Part shown: one piece after another, positions 28,865-38,283 of the stretch | Position numbering within the stretch: the first letter of the stretch is position 1 | How the letters are laid out: every line of letters starts with the position of its first letter | Assembly (NCBI GenBank): GCA_016194865.1 | Contig: JACQAT010000001.1 | Span: forward strand, 154,022-218,021 | Reading direction: 5' to 3' | Origin: Chloroflexota bacterium | GTDB taxonomy: Bacteria; Chloroflexota; Limnocylindria; P2-11E | Length of the DNA: 64,000 nucleotides | The notes under the pieces: generated by a model | Told to the model about the DNA's origin: nothing | Database searches by the model: none | What the model saw: only the letters and a program-made list of their open reading frames with translations | Made by a program: the position numbers and the translations under genes

Positions 28865-29851
28865 ATGTCCGAAGAGGAGACCAGGCTCCAGGCGGAGATG
28901 CGCGAGCTCGACATGCTCCTCGAGTCCACGCAGGTCGAGGTCAATCGGCTGAAGACGCGCGAGGAGCAGGCGAAGGCGAAGGTCGAAGAGGCCCGCAAGG
29001 CTCCGCAGAACTTCCAGCGCGAGGAGATCTTCAGCGCGACCGACGAGCACAACGCCGCGATGGGCCGGCGCATGACCATGGAGGCGGAGCTGTCGTCCCT
29101 CGGCTCGCGCCGCAGGCTGCTCGACCGCGTGCAGGGGGCGTTCGAGCGTTCGCGTGTCCCGCAGGGCGTGGCCGCGACGCCTGCCGCGCCGGCCGCGCTG
29201 GACGAGAAGCGCGTGCTGCAGGCGGTCGTCGACACGCAGGAGGACGAGCGCAAGCGCATCGCGCGCCAGGTCCACGACGGGCCGGCGCAGGCGATGGCCA
29301 ACGTCATCCTGCAGGCGGAGATCAGCGAGCGCCTGTACTCGATCGACCCCGCGCGCTCGAAGGTCGAGCTCGACGCGCTGCGCAAGATGGTGAACAAGAC
29401 CCTGCAGGAGCTGCGCGGGTTCATCTTCGAGCTGCGCCCGATGACCCTCGACGACCTCGGGCTCGTCCCGACACTGCGCCGCTACATCCAGACGCTCATC
29501 GACAAGCACGGCATCAAGTTCGACTTCTCGAGCACCGGCCGCGACCGGCGCCTCTCGCCCGACGACGAGGTGGCCGTGTTCCGCCTCATCCAGGATTCGC
29601 TCGTCGAGCGGATCGAGAAGGCGGGCGCGAAGGACCTCGTGCTCGGCATGACCTGGAAGGAAGGGGCGCTCCAGATCCGCCTGCAGTCGGACGGCAGGGA
29701 GCTGCCACCGGACGGCGAGCTCGCCTCAGGGCTTCGCAGGAGCGAGCGCCTCGAGCTGCTCAAAGGCGAGGCGCACTCGGAGACGCGCGATGGGAAGGTC
29801 ACGCTCGAGATCACTTTGCCCGTCAAGGCCGCGGCCGAGGTGATCTCCTGA
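28865..29851 (+). CDS. DegS-like histidine-kinase paralog with a degenerate ATP-binding domain
   Basis: Coiled-coil N-terminus. Intact H-box [21 protein letters not shown]. The N-box reads [11 protein letters not shown] (Asn and His lost) and G1 reads QSDGRELP instead of DxGxG. Confidence 0.75.
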   Translation: MSEEETRLQAEMRELDMLLESTQVEVNRLKTREEQAKAKVEEARKAPQNFQREEIFSATDEHNAAMGRRMTMEAELSSLGSRRRLLDRVQGAFERSRVPQGVAATPAAPAALDEKRVLQAVVDTQEDERKRIARQVHDGPAQAMANVILQAEISERLYSIDPARSKVELDALRKMVNKTLQELRGFIFELRPMTLDDLGLVPTLRRYIQTLIDKHGIKFDFSSTGRDRRLSPDDEVAVFRLIQDSLVERIEKAGAKDLVLGMTWKEGALQIRLQSDGRELPPDGELASGLRRSERLELLKGEAHSETRDGKVTLEITLPVKAAAEVIS

Positions 29852-29861
29852 ATCCGCCGGC

Positions 29862-30434
29862 TCACCCCGCGTCCTGTGCGTAGACCTCCGGCTTCAACAC
29901 ACCGATGAACGGCAGGTTGCGGTAGCGCTCGGCGAAGTCGAGCCCGTAGCCGACGACGAACTTGTCGGGGATCACGAAGCCGCGGTAGTCCACCTCGATC
30001 TGTACCTGGCGGCGCGCCGGCTTGTCCAACAGCGCGCACAGCCGGAGTGAGGCCGGATTCATGCCGCGCAGGTGCGTCATCACGTACGAGAGGGTGTGGC
30101 CGGTGTCGAGGATGTCCTCGACCACGAGGACGTGCCGGCCCTCGATCGGCTTCGCGAGATCCTTGAGGATGCGGACGACGCCGCTCGTCTCGGTCGAGCT
30201 CCCGTAGGAGGACACCTCGAGGAAATCGAGCGCGACGTGGATCGGCATGGCGCGCATGAGATCGGCGAGGAAGGGCAGCGCGCCCTTGAGGACGCTGACC
30301 AGGACGACATCGCGACCCTGATAGTCGGCGGTGAGCTTCGCCCCGAGCTCGCGCACCTTCGCGGCGAGCGTCGCCTCGTCGACGAGCACCTCCGCGACGT
30401 CATCGGCGGGTGGGCGGCCAAGCACGATCGCCAT
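29862..30434 (-). CDS. hpt: hypoxanthine-guanine phosphoribosyltransferase
   Basis: Trimmed to ATG 30434. [18 protein letters not shown] motif and [17 protein letters not shown]. Confidence 0.9.
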   Translation of the reverse strand: MAIVLGRPPADDVAEVLVDEATLAAKVRELGAKLTADYQGRDVVLVSVLKGALPFLADLMRAMPIHVALDFLEVSSYGSSTETSGVVRILKDLAKPIEGRHVLVVEDILDTGHTLSYVMTHLRGMNPASLRLCALLDKPARRQVQIEVDYRGFVIPDKFVVGYGLDFAERYRNLPFIGVLKPEVYAQDAG

Positions 30435-30451
30435 CCCGCCAATTGTGCGCC

Positions 30452-30772
30452 CTAGAAGACGCCCTTCGACCCAGGGATCCTCTCGAAGAGGCCGTGCATG
30501 TCGCCCGCGTAGTCGCGCAGCATCTCGTGAGCGGTGAGCACGTCGTCGACATCGAGGGCCGCCTCGGCCGGCTCGTCGCCCGGCGGCGCCGTCGCTTCGC
30601 GCACGATCACGACGCCGATGCCCTGCGTGCCGCACGAATGGCAGCTGCAGCGCACGAACCAGTAGTTCTCGCGATTGCCGACCACGGCGACGTCCTCGCG
30701 CGCGTACGCGGTGCCGCAGTTCGCGCACTGGACGGTGCCGAAGATCCCATCGAGCCAGCCTGCTCCGTTCAT
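30452..30772 (-). CDS. small zinc-ribbon protein (hypothetical)
   Basis: CANCG ... CSCHSCG cysteine pairs. G/C-rich third positions. Alternative start at ATG 30790. Confidence 0.5.
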   Translation of the reverse strand: MNGAGWLDGIFGTVQCANCGTAYAREDVAVVGNRENYWFVRCSCHSCGTQGIGVVIVREATAPPGDEPAEAALDVDDVLTAHEMLRDYAGDMHGLFERIPGSKGVF

Positions 30773-30816
30773 GGAAATCACGCCACGCATAGACGGTGCC
30801 ACCAGCGTGGAGCGGT

Positions 30817-31512
30817 CTAGCGAGCCCCTCGTCGCGCGAGCGTGAACCCGATCACAGCCACCACCGCCGCGATCGCGCCGAGCAGCACCGTCCCATTCGG
30901 GCCTGACCCCGCATCGGAGCCGGCCGGGGCGGCGCTCGCCGAAGGCGCGGCGATCGCGACCCCGCTCGCTGTGGCGGTCGGCGTCGCGCTCGCGACGGGC
31001 GCGGCGGTCGTCGGCGCGGCGGTCGTCGGCGCGGCGGTCGTCGGCGCTGCCGTGGTGGAGGCCGCGGTCGGCGCCGCGGTGGGCGCCGCCGTCGGAGCCG
31101 CGGTCGGCTGCGGCGTCGGTGCCGGTGTCGGCTGCTGCGTGGGGACCGGCGTCGGCGGGGGCGTCGGTGCCGGCGTCGCGGCTGCGAGCACGTTCACGGT
31201 CCCGCGCATGCGGTCCGGATGGAAGTTGCAAACGTAGAAGAACGATCCGGCCGTCGCGAACACGATCGTCTTGCTCTGGTTCTGAGCGAGGGCGCCCGTG
31301 TCGAATCCGCCGCCATCCTGCGAAGCGGTGTGCGCCGTCGCGTCGCGATTGGTCCAGGTCACCGAGTCGCCCGCGTTGATCGTGATCGTGGAGGGCGTGA
31401 AGGCGAACCCCTGGATCGTCACCGCGCCCGACGCGCCCAGCGCGACGGCGGGAAGCGCGAGGAGCGCGAGCGAGACGACCGTCGCCGCCAGCCACTGGGC
31501 GAAACGGGTCAC
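30817..31512 (-). CDS. secreted type-1 copper protein (plastocyanin/amicyanin-like cupredoxin) with Pro/Thr/Ala linker and C-terminal membrane anchor
   Basis: GTG 31512. Signal peptide WLAATVVSLALLALPAVALGA. Copper ligands AHT ... YVCNFHPDRM (C-x2-H-x4-M). Linker with (TTAAP)n repeats. Tail VLLGAIAAVVAVIGFTLARRGAR. Confidence 0.8.
   Translation of the reverse strand: MTRFAQWLAATVVSLALLALPAVALGASGAVTIQGFAFTPSTITINAGDSVTWTNRDATAHTASQDGGGFDTGALAQNQSKTIVFATAGSFFYVCNFHPDRMRGTVNVLAAATPAPTPPPTPVPTQQPTPAPTPQPTAAPTAAPTAAPTAASTTAAPTTAAPTTAAPTTAAPVASATPTATASGVAIAAPSASAAPAGSDAGSGPNGTVLLGAIAAVVAVIGFTLARRGAR
30998..31057. repeat. 15-bp coding tandem repeat (ggcgcggcggtcgtc x3 perfect plus 1 degenerate)
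   Basis: Read directly. Units at 30998-31012, 31013-31027 and 31028-31042, with a degenerate unit at 31043-31057. Encodes the TTAAP repeats of the cupredoxin linker. Confidence 0.9.
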
Positions 31513-31533
31513 GACCGTACGATACCGAGCGCC

Positions 31534-32286
31534 ATGGCCCCGGCCGCGACGACGCTCAGCGCGCCATTCAAGCGGCTCGGTCGAGAGGCCGAGACGCTGG
31601 GCCTGACGCTGAACACCGCGCAATTGGGGCTCTGCGAGCGATACGCCGAGGAGCTCATCGAGAGGAATACGTCCGTGAACCTCACGGCGATCACGAAGCC
31701 CGACGACATCGCGCGCAAACATTTCCTCGACTCCTTCACCGCGCTCGCGGCGCGGGCGTGGACAGGACGCGAGCGCGTGGTGGATATCGGGAGCGGCGCG
31801 GGGTTTCCCGGCCTGGCGCTACGCATCGCGATGCCCACGCTGAAGGTGACCGCGGTGGAATCGGTGGGCAAGAAATCACGCTTCCTGGAACAGATCAGCG
31901 ACCTGCTCGGTCTCAGCGACGTGACGGTCCGGAACGGCAGGGCCGAGGAGCTCGCGCACGACCACGCCTACCGCGGATCGTTCGACGTGGGCACGGCGCG
32001 TGCGGTGGGCTCGCTCGCGGCGTGCGCGGAGTACCTGCTGCCCCTCCTGCGTCTCGGCGGGGACGCGATCGTGTGGAAGGGACGCATCGACGCCGAGCTC
32101 GCCGCGGCCCAGAGCGCTGTCGCCGCCTGCGGGGGGGAGATCACCGGCGTCGTGCCGACGGCGTCGCTCGGTGTCGGCGAGCTGCTGCCGGGTCGCCAGC
32201 TCGTCGTGATGCGCAAGACGCGCGCGACGCCGGAGCGCTACCCGCGTGGCGCCGCCGAGGCGAGGAAGCGACCCTGGACCGGTTGA
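31534..32286 (+). CDS. rsmG: 16S rRNA (guanine527-N7)-methyltransferase
   Basis: Trimmed to ATG 31534. NLTAITKPDDIARKHFLDS, VVDIGSGAGFPGLAL. Confidence 0.85.
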   Translation: MAPAATTLSAPFKRLGREAETLGLTLNTAQLGLCERYAEELIERNTSVNLTAITKPDDIARKHFLDSFTALAARAWTGRERVVDIGSGAGFPGLALRIAMPTLKVTAVESVGKKSRFLEQISDLLGLSDVTVRNGRAEELAHDHAYRGSFDVGTARAVGSLAACAEYLLPLLRLGGDAIVWKGRIDAELAAAQSAVAACGGEITGVVPTASLGVGELLPGRQLVVMRKTRATPERYPRGAAEARKRPWTG

Positions 32287-32290
32287 GCTG

Positions 32291-33001
32291 ATGCTGGTCG
32301 TGCCCTCCGTCGACGTGCGCGACGGGAAGATCGTGTTCCGCGGCGGCGTCGCCGCCGACGTCGAGCCGCGCGACCTCGCGCGTCGCTTTGTCACGGCTGG
32401 TGCAGAGGAGCTGCACCTCGTCGATCTCGACGCCGCCGAAACGGGCGAGCCGCGCAACTTCGCGCTGCTGTCGGAGATCGCCCGTGCCCACCGGATCCCG
32501 TCTCGTCTGGCGGGTGGCGTCGACTCGCTCGAGACCGCGCAACGCGCGCTGAGCGCCGGGTTCACCGGCGCGCTGTTCTCGTCGGCCGTGTTCGGCGACG
32601 ACGCGCTGCTGCCCCGCATCGCGACGCTCGGCGAGCACGCGATCGTGGAGCTCGAGGCGCGTGACGACGCGCTCGATCCGCGCGGCGGCGATCCGTCCCT
32701 GGTCGCGCGCGCGCGCGGCCAGGACGTCGTGACCGCGGCGATACGCGCGGTCGCGCAGGGCGTGCGCGCGCTCTACGTCATCGACCTGTCGACCGACGGC
32801 CGTCTGGGTGGGCCGGCGCTCGCGCTGCTCGCGCGCGTGCGCGAGGCGGTGCCGAGCGCGGCGCTGCACACCGGCGGCGGCATCCGTGACCTCGCCGACC
32901 TCACGACCCTCGCGCGGATGGGCGTCGCATCCGCGGTGGTCGGCCGCGCGCTGGCCGACGGCCGCTTCACCCTCGCGCAGGCGAAGGCCGTATGCGCGTA
33001 G
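32291..33001 (+). CDS. HisA/HisF-family (beta/alpha)8-barrel protein, stand-alone
   Basis: MLVVPSVDVRDGKIV ... LHLVDLDAA ... GGGIRDLADL ... AVVGRAL. No other his genes are nearby. Confidence 0.65.
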   Translation: MLVVPSVDVRDGKIVFRGGVAADVEPRDLARRFVTAGAEELHLVDLDAAETGEPRNFALLSEIARAHRIPSRLAGGVDSLETAQRALSAGFTGALFSSAVFGDDALLPRIATLGEHAIVELEARDDALDPRGGDPSLVARARGQDVVTAAIRAVAQGVRALYVIDLSTDGRLGGPALALLARVREAVPSAALHTGGGIRDLADLTTLARMGVASAVVGRALADGRFTLAQAKAVCA

Positions 33002-33708
33002 CGCTGCTGTCCGACATCCACGCGAACCGCGTTGCCCTCGAGGCGGTGCTGGCCGACTTGCCTCGAGTCGACGAGCTGTGGGTCATGGGCGACACGGTCG
33101 GCTACGGGCCCGAGCCGGCCGCCGTCATCGCGATCCTGCGCGAGCGCGGCGTGCACCTGGTCGCGGGCAATCACGACGTCGCGGTCGCCACCGGCGCCGG
33201 CCTCGAGCGCTTCAACGACGTCGCGGCGACCGCGGCGCGGATCCACAGGGGCTGGCTCGGCCCTGAGGAGAAGGCCTACCTGTCCTCTCTGCCTCTGACA
33301 TTGGAGCGCTCCGGCGTCACGTTCGTCCACGGCAGCCTGCGCGAGCCGCTCTGGGAATACGTGTTCGACGAGCGATCCGCCGCTCCCTCGTTCGACCTGA
33401 CGAAAACGCGCCACCTGTGCTGCGGCCACACGCACGTACCCGCGCTCTTCCGCGCCACGGCGGCCGGCGTGCGGGGCGTCGCCGTGCGGCCGGGCCAGCG
33501 CGACGCGCTCGACGAGCGCAGCTTCTTCAATCCGGGCAGCGTCGGACAGCCGCGCGACGGCGATCCCCGCGCGGCATGGGCGCTGCTCGACACGGACCAG
33601 GGCGTGACGTTCATGCGGACGGCCTACGACGTGAAGGCGACGCAGCTCGCGATGCGCGAGCGCGAGCTGCCCGACTTCCTCATCGCGCGGATCGCCATCG
33701 GATTGTGA
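32992..33708 (+). CDS. metallophosphoesterase (YfcE/MJ0936-like)
   Basis: LLSDIHAN, GDTVGYG, GNHD, GHTH, NPGSVGQPRDGD. Confidence 0.8.
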   Translation: MRVALLSDIHANRVALEAVLADLPRVDELWVMGDTVGYGPEPAAVIAILRERGVHLVAGNHDVAVATGAGLERFNDVAATAARIHRGWLGPEEKAYLSSLPLTLERSGVTFVHGSLREPLWEYVFDERSAAPSFDLTKTRHLCCGHTHVPALFRATAAGVRGVAVRPGQRDALDERSFFNPGSVGQPRDGDPRAAWALLDTDQGVTFMRTAYDVKATQLAMRERELPDFLIARIAIGL

Positions 33709-33747
33709 GGATTTGTTGAGCACCAGGGATCCTAGCATCGTCCGCGG

Positions 33748-35775
33748 GTGACGGACGACAACGAGCGGGGGAATGAGACACCGTCCCTCGAGCGCCGCGA
33801 AGAGCAGAGCGGCAAGCTCCCCGGCGATCGATACGTGCGGATCGTGCGACCGGCGGGTGGCGCCTTCCGGCGGCGCGGCGGGGTCTTCGTCACGACAGAG
33901 AGCGCGGTCACCGCCGAAGGTCCGGTCGGCCGGGCGCTGGAGCGGGTGCGCCGCATCCTCTTCGGCAAGCGACTCGAGACCGAGGCGGAGGGCTCCGAGC
34001 GGCTCTCGAAGATCACCGGCCTCGCGATCCTCGGCTCGGACAACATCTCGTCCTCCGCCTACGCCACCGAGGAGGCCATGCGCATCCTCGCGCTGGCCGG
34101 CGCGGGCGCGATCGCGCTCACGACCCCGATCTCCTTCGCGATCGTGGCGGTCCTCGCGATCGTGATCCTGTCCCAGCTGCAGGTGATCCGCGCGTACCCG
34201 AACGGGGGCGGCAGCTACATCGTGACCAGCGACAATCTCGGTCGCGCCCCAGGCCTGGTCGCCGCCGCCGCGCTGCTCATCGACTACGTCCTGACCGTCG
34301 CCGTCTCGACGGCCGGCGGCGTCGCCGCGGTGACCAGCTTCGTCCCCGACCTCTTCCCGTACCGCGTCGCGATCGGCGTCTTCTTCATCGCGCTGCTCAC
34401 GCTCGGCAACCTGCGCGGGATCCGCGAGGCGGGTCTCGTCTTCGCCGGACCGACGTACGTCTACGTCGCCGCCATCGGCGCGCTCATCGTGTACGGGCTC
34501 TTCCGCATCGCGACCGGCACGACGCCACCGCCCGCGGTCCCACCAGTGCCCTTCCCGGCGAGCGGGACCGAGGCGCTCGGGCTGTTCCTGATCCTGCGCG
34601 CGTTCGCGTCCGGCTCGGTGGGCCTCACGGGCAGCGAGGCGATCTCGAACGGCGTGCCGAGCATGAAGCCACCGGAGACGAGGAACGCGGCGATCACGCT
34701 CCTGGTCATGGGCTCGCTCTTCGGCACGATCTTCCTCGGGCTGACCTTCCTCGCCCAGACGATCGGCGTCACGCCGGACCGCAGCGAGGTCGAGACGCTC
34801 AACAGCCTGGTGACACGCTCGCTCGTGGGGACCGGTCCCTTCTACTACCTGGTACAGATCTCCACGGCGATCATCCTCGCGCTGGCCGCGAACACCGGCT
34901 TCACCGGTTTCCCGCGGCTGGCGTCGGTCCTCGCCAACGATCGCTTCATGCCGCGGCAATTCGCGTATCGCGGCGAGCGCCTCGCGTTCTCGACCGGCAT
35001 CATCGCGCTCGCGCTCGTCTCGGTCATCGTGCTCATCGCGTTCGACGGCAGCGTGACCAACCTCATCCCGCTCTACACGATCGGTGTCTTCCTCGCGTTC
35101 ACGCTGTCGCAGACCGGTCTCGTCAGGCGCTGGCGCCGCCTGCGTCCGCGCGGCTGGCGGACCACGACCGGCATCAACCTGCTCGGCGCCGTGACGACCG
35201 CGGTGGTCCTCGTCATCACGCTCGTGACGAAGTGGGAGGGCGGCGCGTACCTCGTCGTGATCATGCTGCCGCTCATCGTCGCCCTGCTCTCGGGGATCAA
35301 CAAGCACTACACTGCGGTGCAGGACGCGCTCGTCGTCGAGGATCTCTCCGTCGAGATCCCCGAGCCGGTGCCGCCTGTCGTGATCGTTCCCGTGTCGCGC
35401 CTCGATCGTTCCGCTCTACAGGCGATCACGTTCGCCCGCTCGATCTCGAAGTCGGTCCGCGCGGTGCACATCGCGACGACCGACGAGAGCGCCCGCGAGT
35501 TCCGCAAGCGCTGGGAGCGCTGGAGGGGCGCGCCGCCGCTCGACGTGATCGAGTCGCCGTACCGATCGCTCGTGCCGCCGCTGCTGAAGTACATCGACGC
35601 GATCGACCGCGGCGACGAGCGGCCGGTCACGGTCGTTCTCGCGGAGTTCGTGCCGCGGCACTGGTGGGAGTTCTTCCTCCACAGCCAGACCGCCTTCCGG
35701 CTGAAGGCGAGCCTGCTGTTCCGGCCGAACACGGTCGTGATCGACGTCCCGTACCACTTCCACGAACCCAAGTAA
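33748..35775 (+). CDS. APC-superfamily permease with C-terminal cytoplasmic domain (KimA/YdaO-like putative K+ transporter), copy 1
   Basis: 675 aa. GLAILGSDNISSSAYATEE, LRAFASGSVGLTGSEAISNGV, FPRLASVLANDRFMPRQF. The C-terminal domain reads ESPYRSLVPPLLKYIDAI...AEFVPRHWWE. Confidence 0.7.
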   Translation: MTDDNERGNETPSLERREEQSGKLPGDRYVRIVRPAGGAFRRRGGVFVTTESAVTAEGPVGRALERVRRILFGKRLETEAEGSERLSKITGLAILGSDNISSSAYATEEAMRILALAGAGAIALTTPISFAIVAVLAIVILSQLQVIRAYPNGGGSYIVTSDNLGRAPGLVAAAALLIDYVLTVAVSTAGGVAAVTSFVPDLFPYRVAIGVFFIALLTLGNLRGIREAGLVFAGPTYVYVAAIGALIVYGLFRIATGTTPPPAVPPVPFPASGTEALGLFLILRAFASGSVGLTGSEAISNGVPSMKPPETRNAAITLLVMGSLFGTIFLGLTFLAQTIGVTPDRSEVETLNSLVTRSLVGTGPFYYLVQISTAIILALAANTGFTGFPRLASVLANDRFMPRQFAYRGERLAFSTGIIALALVSVIVLIAFDGSVTNLIPLYTIGVFLAFTLSQTGLVRRWRRLRPRGWRTTTGINLLGAVTTAVVLVITLVTKWEGGAYLVVIMLPLIVALLSGINKHYTAVQDALVVEDLSVEIPEPVPPVVIVPVSRLDRSALQAITFARSISKSVRAVHIATTDESAREFRKRWERWRGAPPLDVIESPYRSLVPPLLKYIDAIDRGDERPVTVVLAEFVPRHWWEFFLHSQTAFRLKASLLFRPNTVVIDVPYHFHEPK

Positions 35776-35787
35776 CCTGCGGAGCGC

Positions 35788-37827
35788 GTGAAAGAGGACG
35801 AGGACCCGAGGGCGGCGGCGCCGTCGCTGGAGAAGAGAGAGCAGCAGTCCGGTCGCCTCCCCGGTGACCGCTACGTTCGCATCGTTCGCCCCGGCGGGCG
35901 CGAGTTCAAGCGCCAGGGCGGCACGTACCTCGCGACCGACCGGGTCTTCACGGCGCGCGGGCCGGTCGCCGGGGCCTGGGATCGCCTCCGCACGACCCTG
36001 ATCGGTCGCCGCCTGGGGAGCGACGCCGAGGCTGACGAGCGGGTGTCGAAGAAGACCGGGCTCGCGATCCTCGCCTCGGACAACATCTCCTCCTCCGCGT
36101 ACGCGACCGAGGAGACCATGCGCATCCTGGCGCTCGCCGGCGTCGGCGCGCTCACGCTGACGATGCCCATCGCCCTCGCGGTCACCGCGGTGCTCGCGAT
36201 CGTCGTGATCTCCGAATCGCGCGTCATCCGCGCGTACCCGAACGGTGGTGGCAGCTACCTCGTCGCGCTCGAGAACCACGGTGTGATCGCGGGACTCGTG
36301 GCGGCGTCGGCGCTGCTCATCGACTACGTCCTCACCGTGGCGGTGTCGACGGCCGCCGGCGTCGCGGCCATCTCGAGCTTCGTCCCGGCCGTGCACGAGC
36401 ATCGCGTGCTCTGGGGGCTCGCGCTCATCGGTCTGATCACGGTCGGCAACCTCCGCGGCGTGCGCGAGGCCGGCGTGCTCTTCGCGGCGCCGACCTACGC
36501 CTACATGGCGGGGATGGTCGGGATCATCGCGTTCGGCATCTTCCGCGTCGCCGGCGGCGACATCCCCAGCGCGCCGCTCCCGCCGGTGCCCTTCCCCGAG
36601 GCCGGGACGCAGGCGCTCGGCGTGCTGCTGATCCTGCGCGCGTTCGCCTCCGGCTCCGTCGGCCTCACCGGGAGCGAGGCCGTCGCGAACGGCGTGCCGA
36701 GCTTCAAGCCGCCGGAGGCGCGCAACGCCGTGATCACCCTGTTCATCATGGGGACCGTCTTCGCCGTGATCTTCCTCGGGATCACCTTCCTCGCGACGAC
36801 GATCGGCATCCGTCCCGACGAGAGCGAGCTCGAGACCGTGAACAGCATGCTGACCCGCTCGATCGTGGGCGCGGGCACGCCCTTCTACTACTACGTGCAG
36901 ATCGCGACCGCGATCATCCTGCTGCTCGCGGCGAACACCGGCTTCACCGGCTTCCCGCGGCTCGCGTCGGTGCTGGCGAACGACCGCTTCATGCCGCGGC
37001 AGTTCGCGGATCTGGGGTCGCGCCTCGCGTTCAACACCGGCATCGTCGTGCTGGCGCTCACCGCGGTCGTCGTGCTCGTCGCGTTCGGCGGTAGCGTGAC
37101 CGCGCTGGTCCCGCTATACACCATCGGCGTGTTCCTCGCGTTCACGCTCTCGCAATCCGGCCTGGTGCGCCGCTGGTACCGCCTGCGCAACCCGGGGTGG
37201 CGCATCTCGATCGCCATCAACAGCATCGGCGCGGCCGTGACCGGCGTCGTGCTCGTCGTCGTTGCCGCGACGAAGTTCGCGCTCGGCGCGTGGATCGTCC
37301 TGATCGTGCTGCCGATCCTGGTGCTGCTGCTCTATCTCGTCCACCGTCACTACCAGGACGTCCACGACGCGCTGGTGCTCCCCACGCTCGAGCTGAAGCT
37401 CCCGCCGTCGGTGCCGCCGGTCGTCATCGTCCCGATCGCGCGCCTCGATCGCGCCGCGGTGCAGGCCCTCTCGTTCGCCCGCTCCATCTCCCCATCCGTG
37501 AAGGCGGTCCACGTTTCGACCACGCGCGAAGGTGCCGAGGCGTTCCGCAAGCGCTGGGCGAAGTGGGATCCCGACATACCGCTCGACGTCATCGAGTCCC
37601 CGTACCGCTCCCTGCTGACACCGCTGCTCCACTACATCGACGCCATCGACAAGGCCGACGAGCAGCCCATCACGGTCGTGCTCGCGGAGTTCGTCCCGCG
37701 GCACTGGTGGGAGTTCATCCTCCATAGCCAGACCGCCTTCCGGCTGAAGGCCAACCTGCTGTTCCGCCGGAACACGATCATCATCGACGTCCCCTACCAC
37801 TTCGAGGATGGCGCGCGGATCACCTAG
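35788..37827 (+). CDS. APC-superfamily permease (KimA/YdaO-like), copy 2, tandem paralog
   Basis: 679 aa, colinear with copy 1 along the whole length (same motifs). 12-nt spacer containing GGAG. Confidence 0.7.
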   Translation: MKEDEDPRAAAPSLEKREQQSGRLPGDRYVRIVRPGGREFKRQGGTYLATDRVFTARGPVAGAWDRLRTTLIGRRLGSDAEADERVSKKTGLAILASDNISSSAYATEETMRILALAGVGALTLTMPIALAVTAVLAIVVISESRVIRAYPNGGGSYLVALENHGVIAGLVAASALLIDYVLTVAVSTAAGVAAISSFVPAVHEHRVLWGLALIGLITVGNLRGVREAGVLFAAPTYAYMAGMVGIIAFGIFRVAGGDIPSAPLPPVPFPEAGTQALGVLLILRAFASGSVGLTGSEAVANGVPSFKPPEARNAVITLFIMGTVFAVIFLGITFLATTIGIRPDESELETVNSMLTRSIVGAGTPFYYYVQIATAIILLLAANTGFTGFPRLASVLANDRFMPRQFADLGSRLAFNTGIVVLALTAVVVLVAFGGSVTALVPLYTIGVFLAFTLSQSGLVRRWYRLRNPGWRISIAINSIGAAVTGVVLVVVAATKFALGAWIVLIVLPILVLLLYLVHRHYQDVHDALVLPTLELKLPPSVPPVVIVPIARLDRAAVQALSFARSISPSVKAVHVSTTREGAEAFRKRWAKWDPDIPLDVIESPYRSLLTPLLHYIDAIDKADEQPITVVLAEFVPRHWWEFILHSQTAFRLKANLLFRRNTIIIDVPYHFEDGARIT

Positions 37828-37854
37828 ACGCGCCGCGTCTAGACTCGGTCGTTC

Positions 37855-38283
37855 ATGCACTTGAAGCGGATCCTCGTGGCTCTCTCGGGAGCCAGCGTGG
37901 ATCCCGATGTGATCCGTTACGCGGTAACGCTCGCGAAGCCGACAAAGGCCGAGCTGATCGGCGTGCACGTCATCGAGGTGCGCTGGAACCTTCCGCTCGA
38001 CGCCGTCCTCGAGAACGAGCTCAACCGCGGCGAGGAGCTGCTCGACAGCGCCGTGAAGATCGCGGAGCAGGCTGGTGGGAAGCTCGAGACCGAGCTCCTG
38101 CAGGCGCGTGAGGCCTCGGCGGCCATCCTCGACACGGCGCGCGAGCGTCAGGTGGATCTCGTGATCGTCGGGATGCCGTATCGCAACCGGATGGGGAAGA
38201 CCTACGTCGGCAAGACCGTGCAGGACGTGTACGTGGGAGCGACCTGTGCCGTGCTCGCGTATCGTCAGGAGCAGCCGCAGTGA
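37855..38283 (+). CDS. universal stress protein (UspA family)
   Basis: ILVALSGASVD ... DLVIVGMPYRN ... GATCAVLAYR. Confidence 0.8.
   Translation: MHLKRILVALSGASVDPDVIRYAVTLAKPTKAELIGVHVIEVRWNLPLDAVLENELNRGEELLDSAVKIAEQAGGKLETELLQAREASAAILDTARERQVDLVIVGMPYRNRMGKTYVGKTVQDVYVGATCAVLAYRQEQPQ

Noticed and set aside
30998-31100. Short tandem repeats that might suggest a CRISPR array or a minisatellite locus
   Set aside because: The units are 15 bp and contiguous with no spacers. They lie in frame inside the cupredoxin gene, where they encode the TTAAP linker. I see no cas genes anywhere in the window.
33709-33747. Possible c-di-AMP (ydaO/kimA-type) riboswitch upstream of the KimA-like permease genes
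   Set aside because: The intergenic space is only 39 nt and has none of the ydaO-motif helices, so it is far too short for that RNA.
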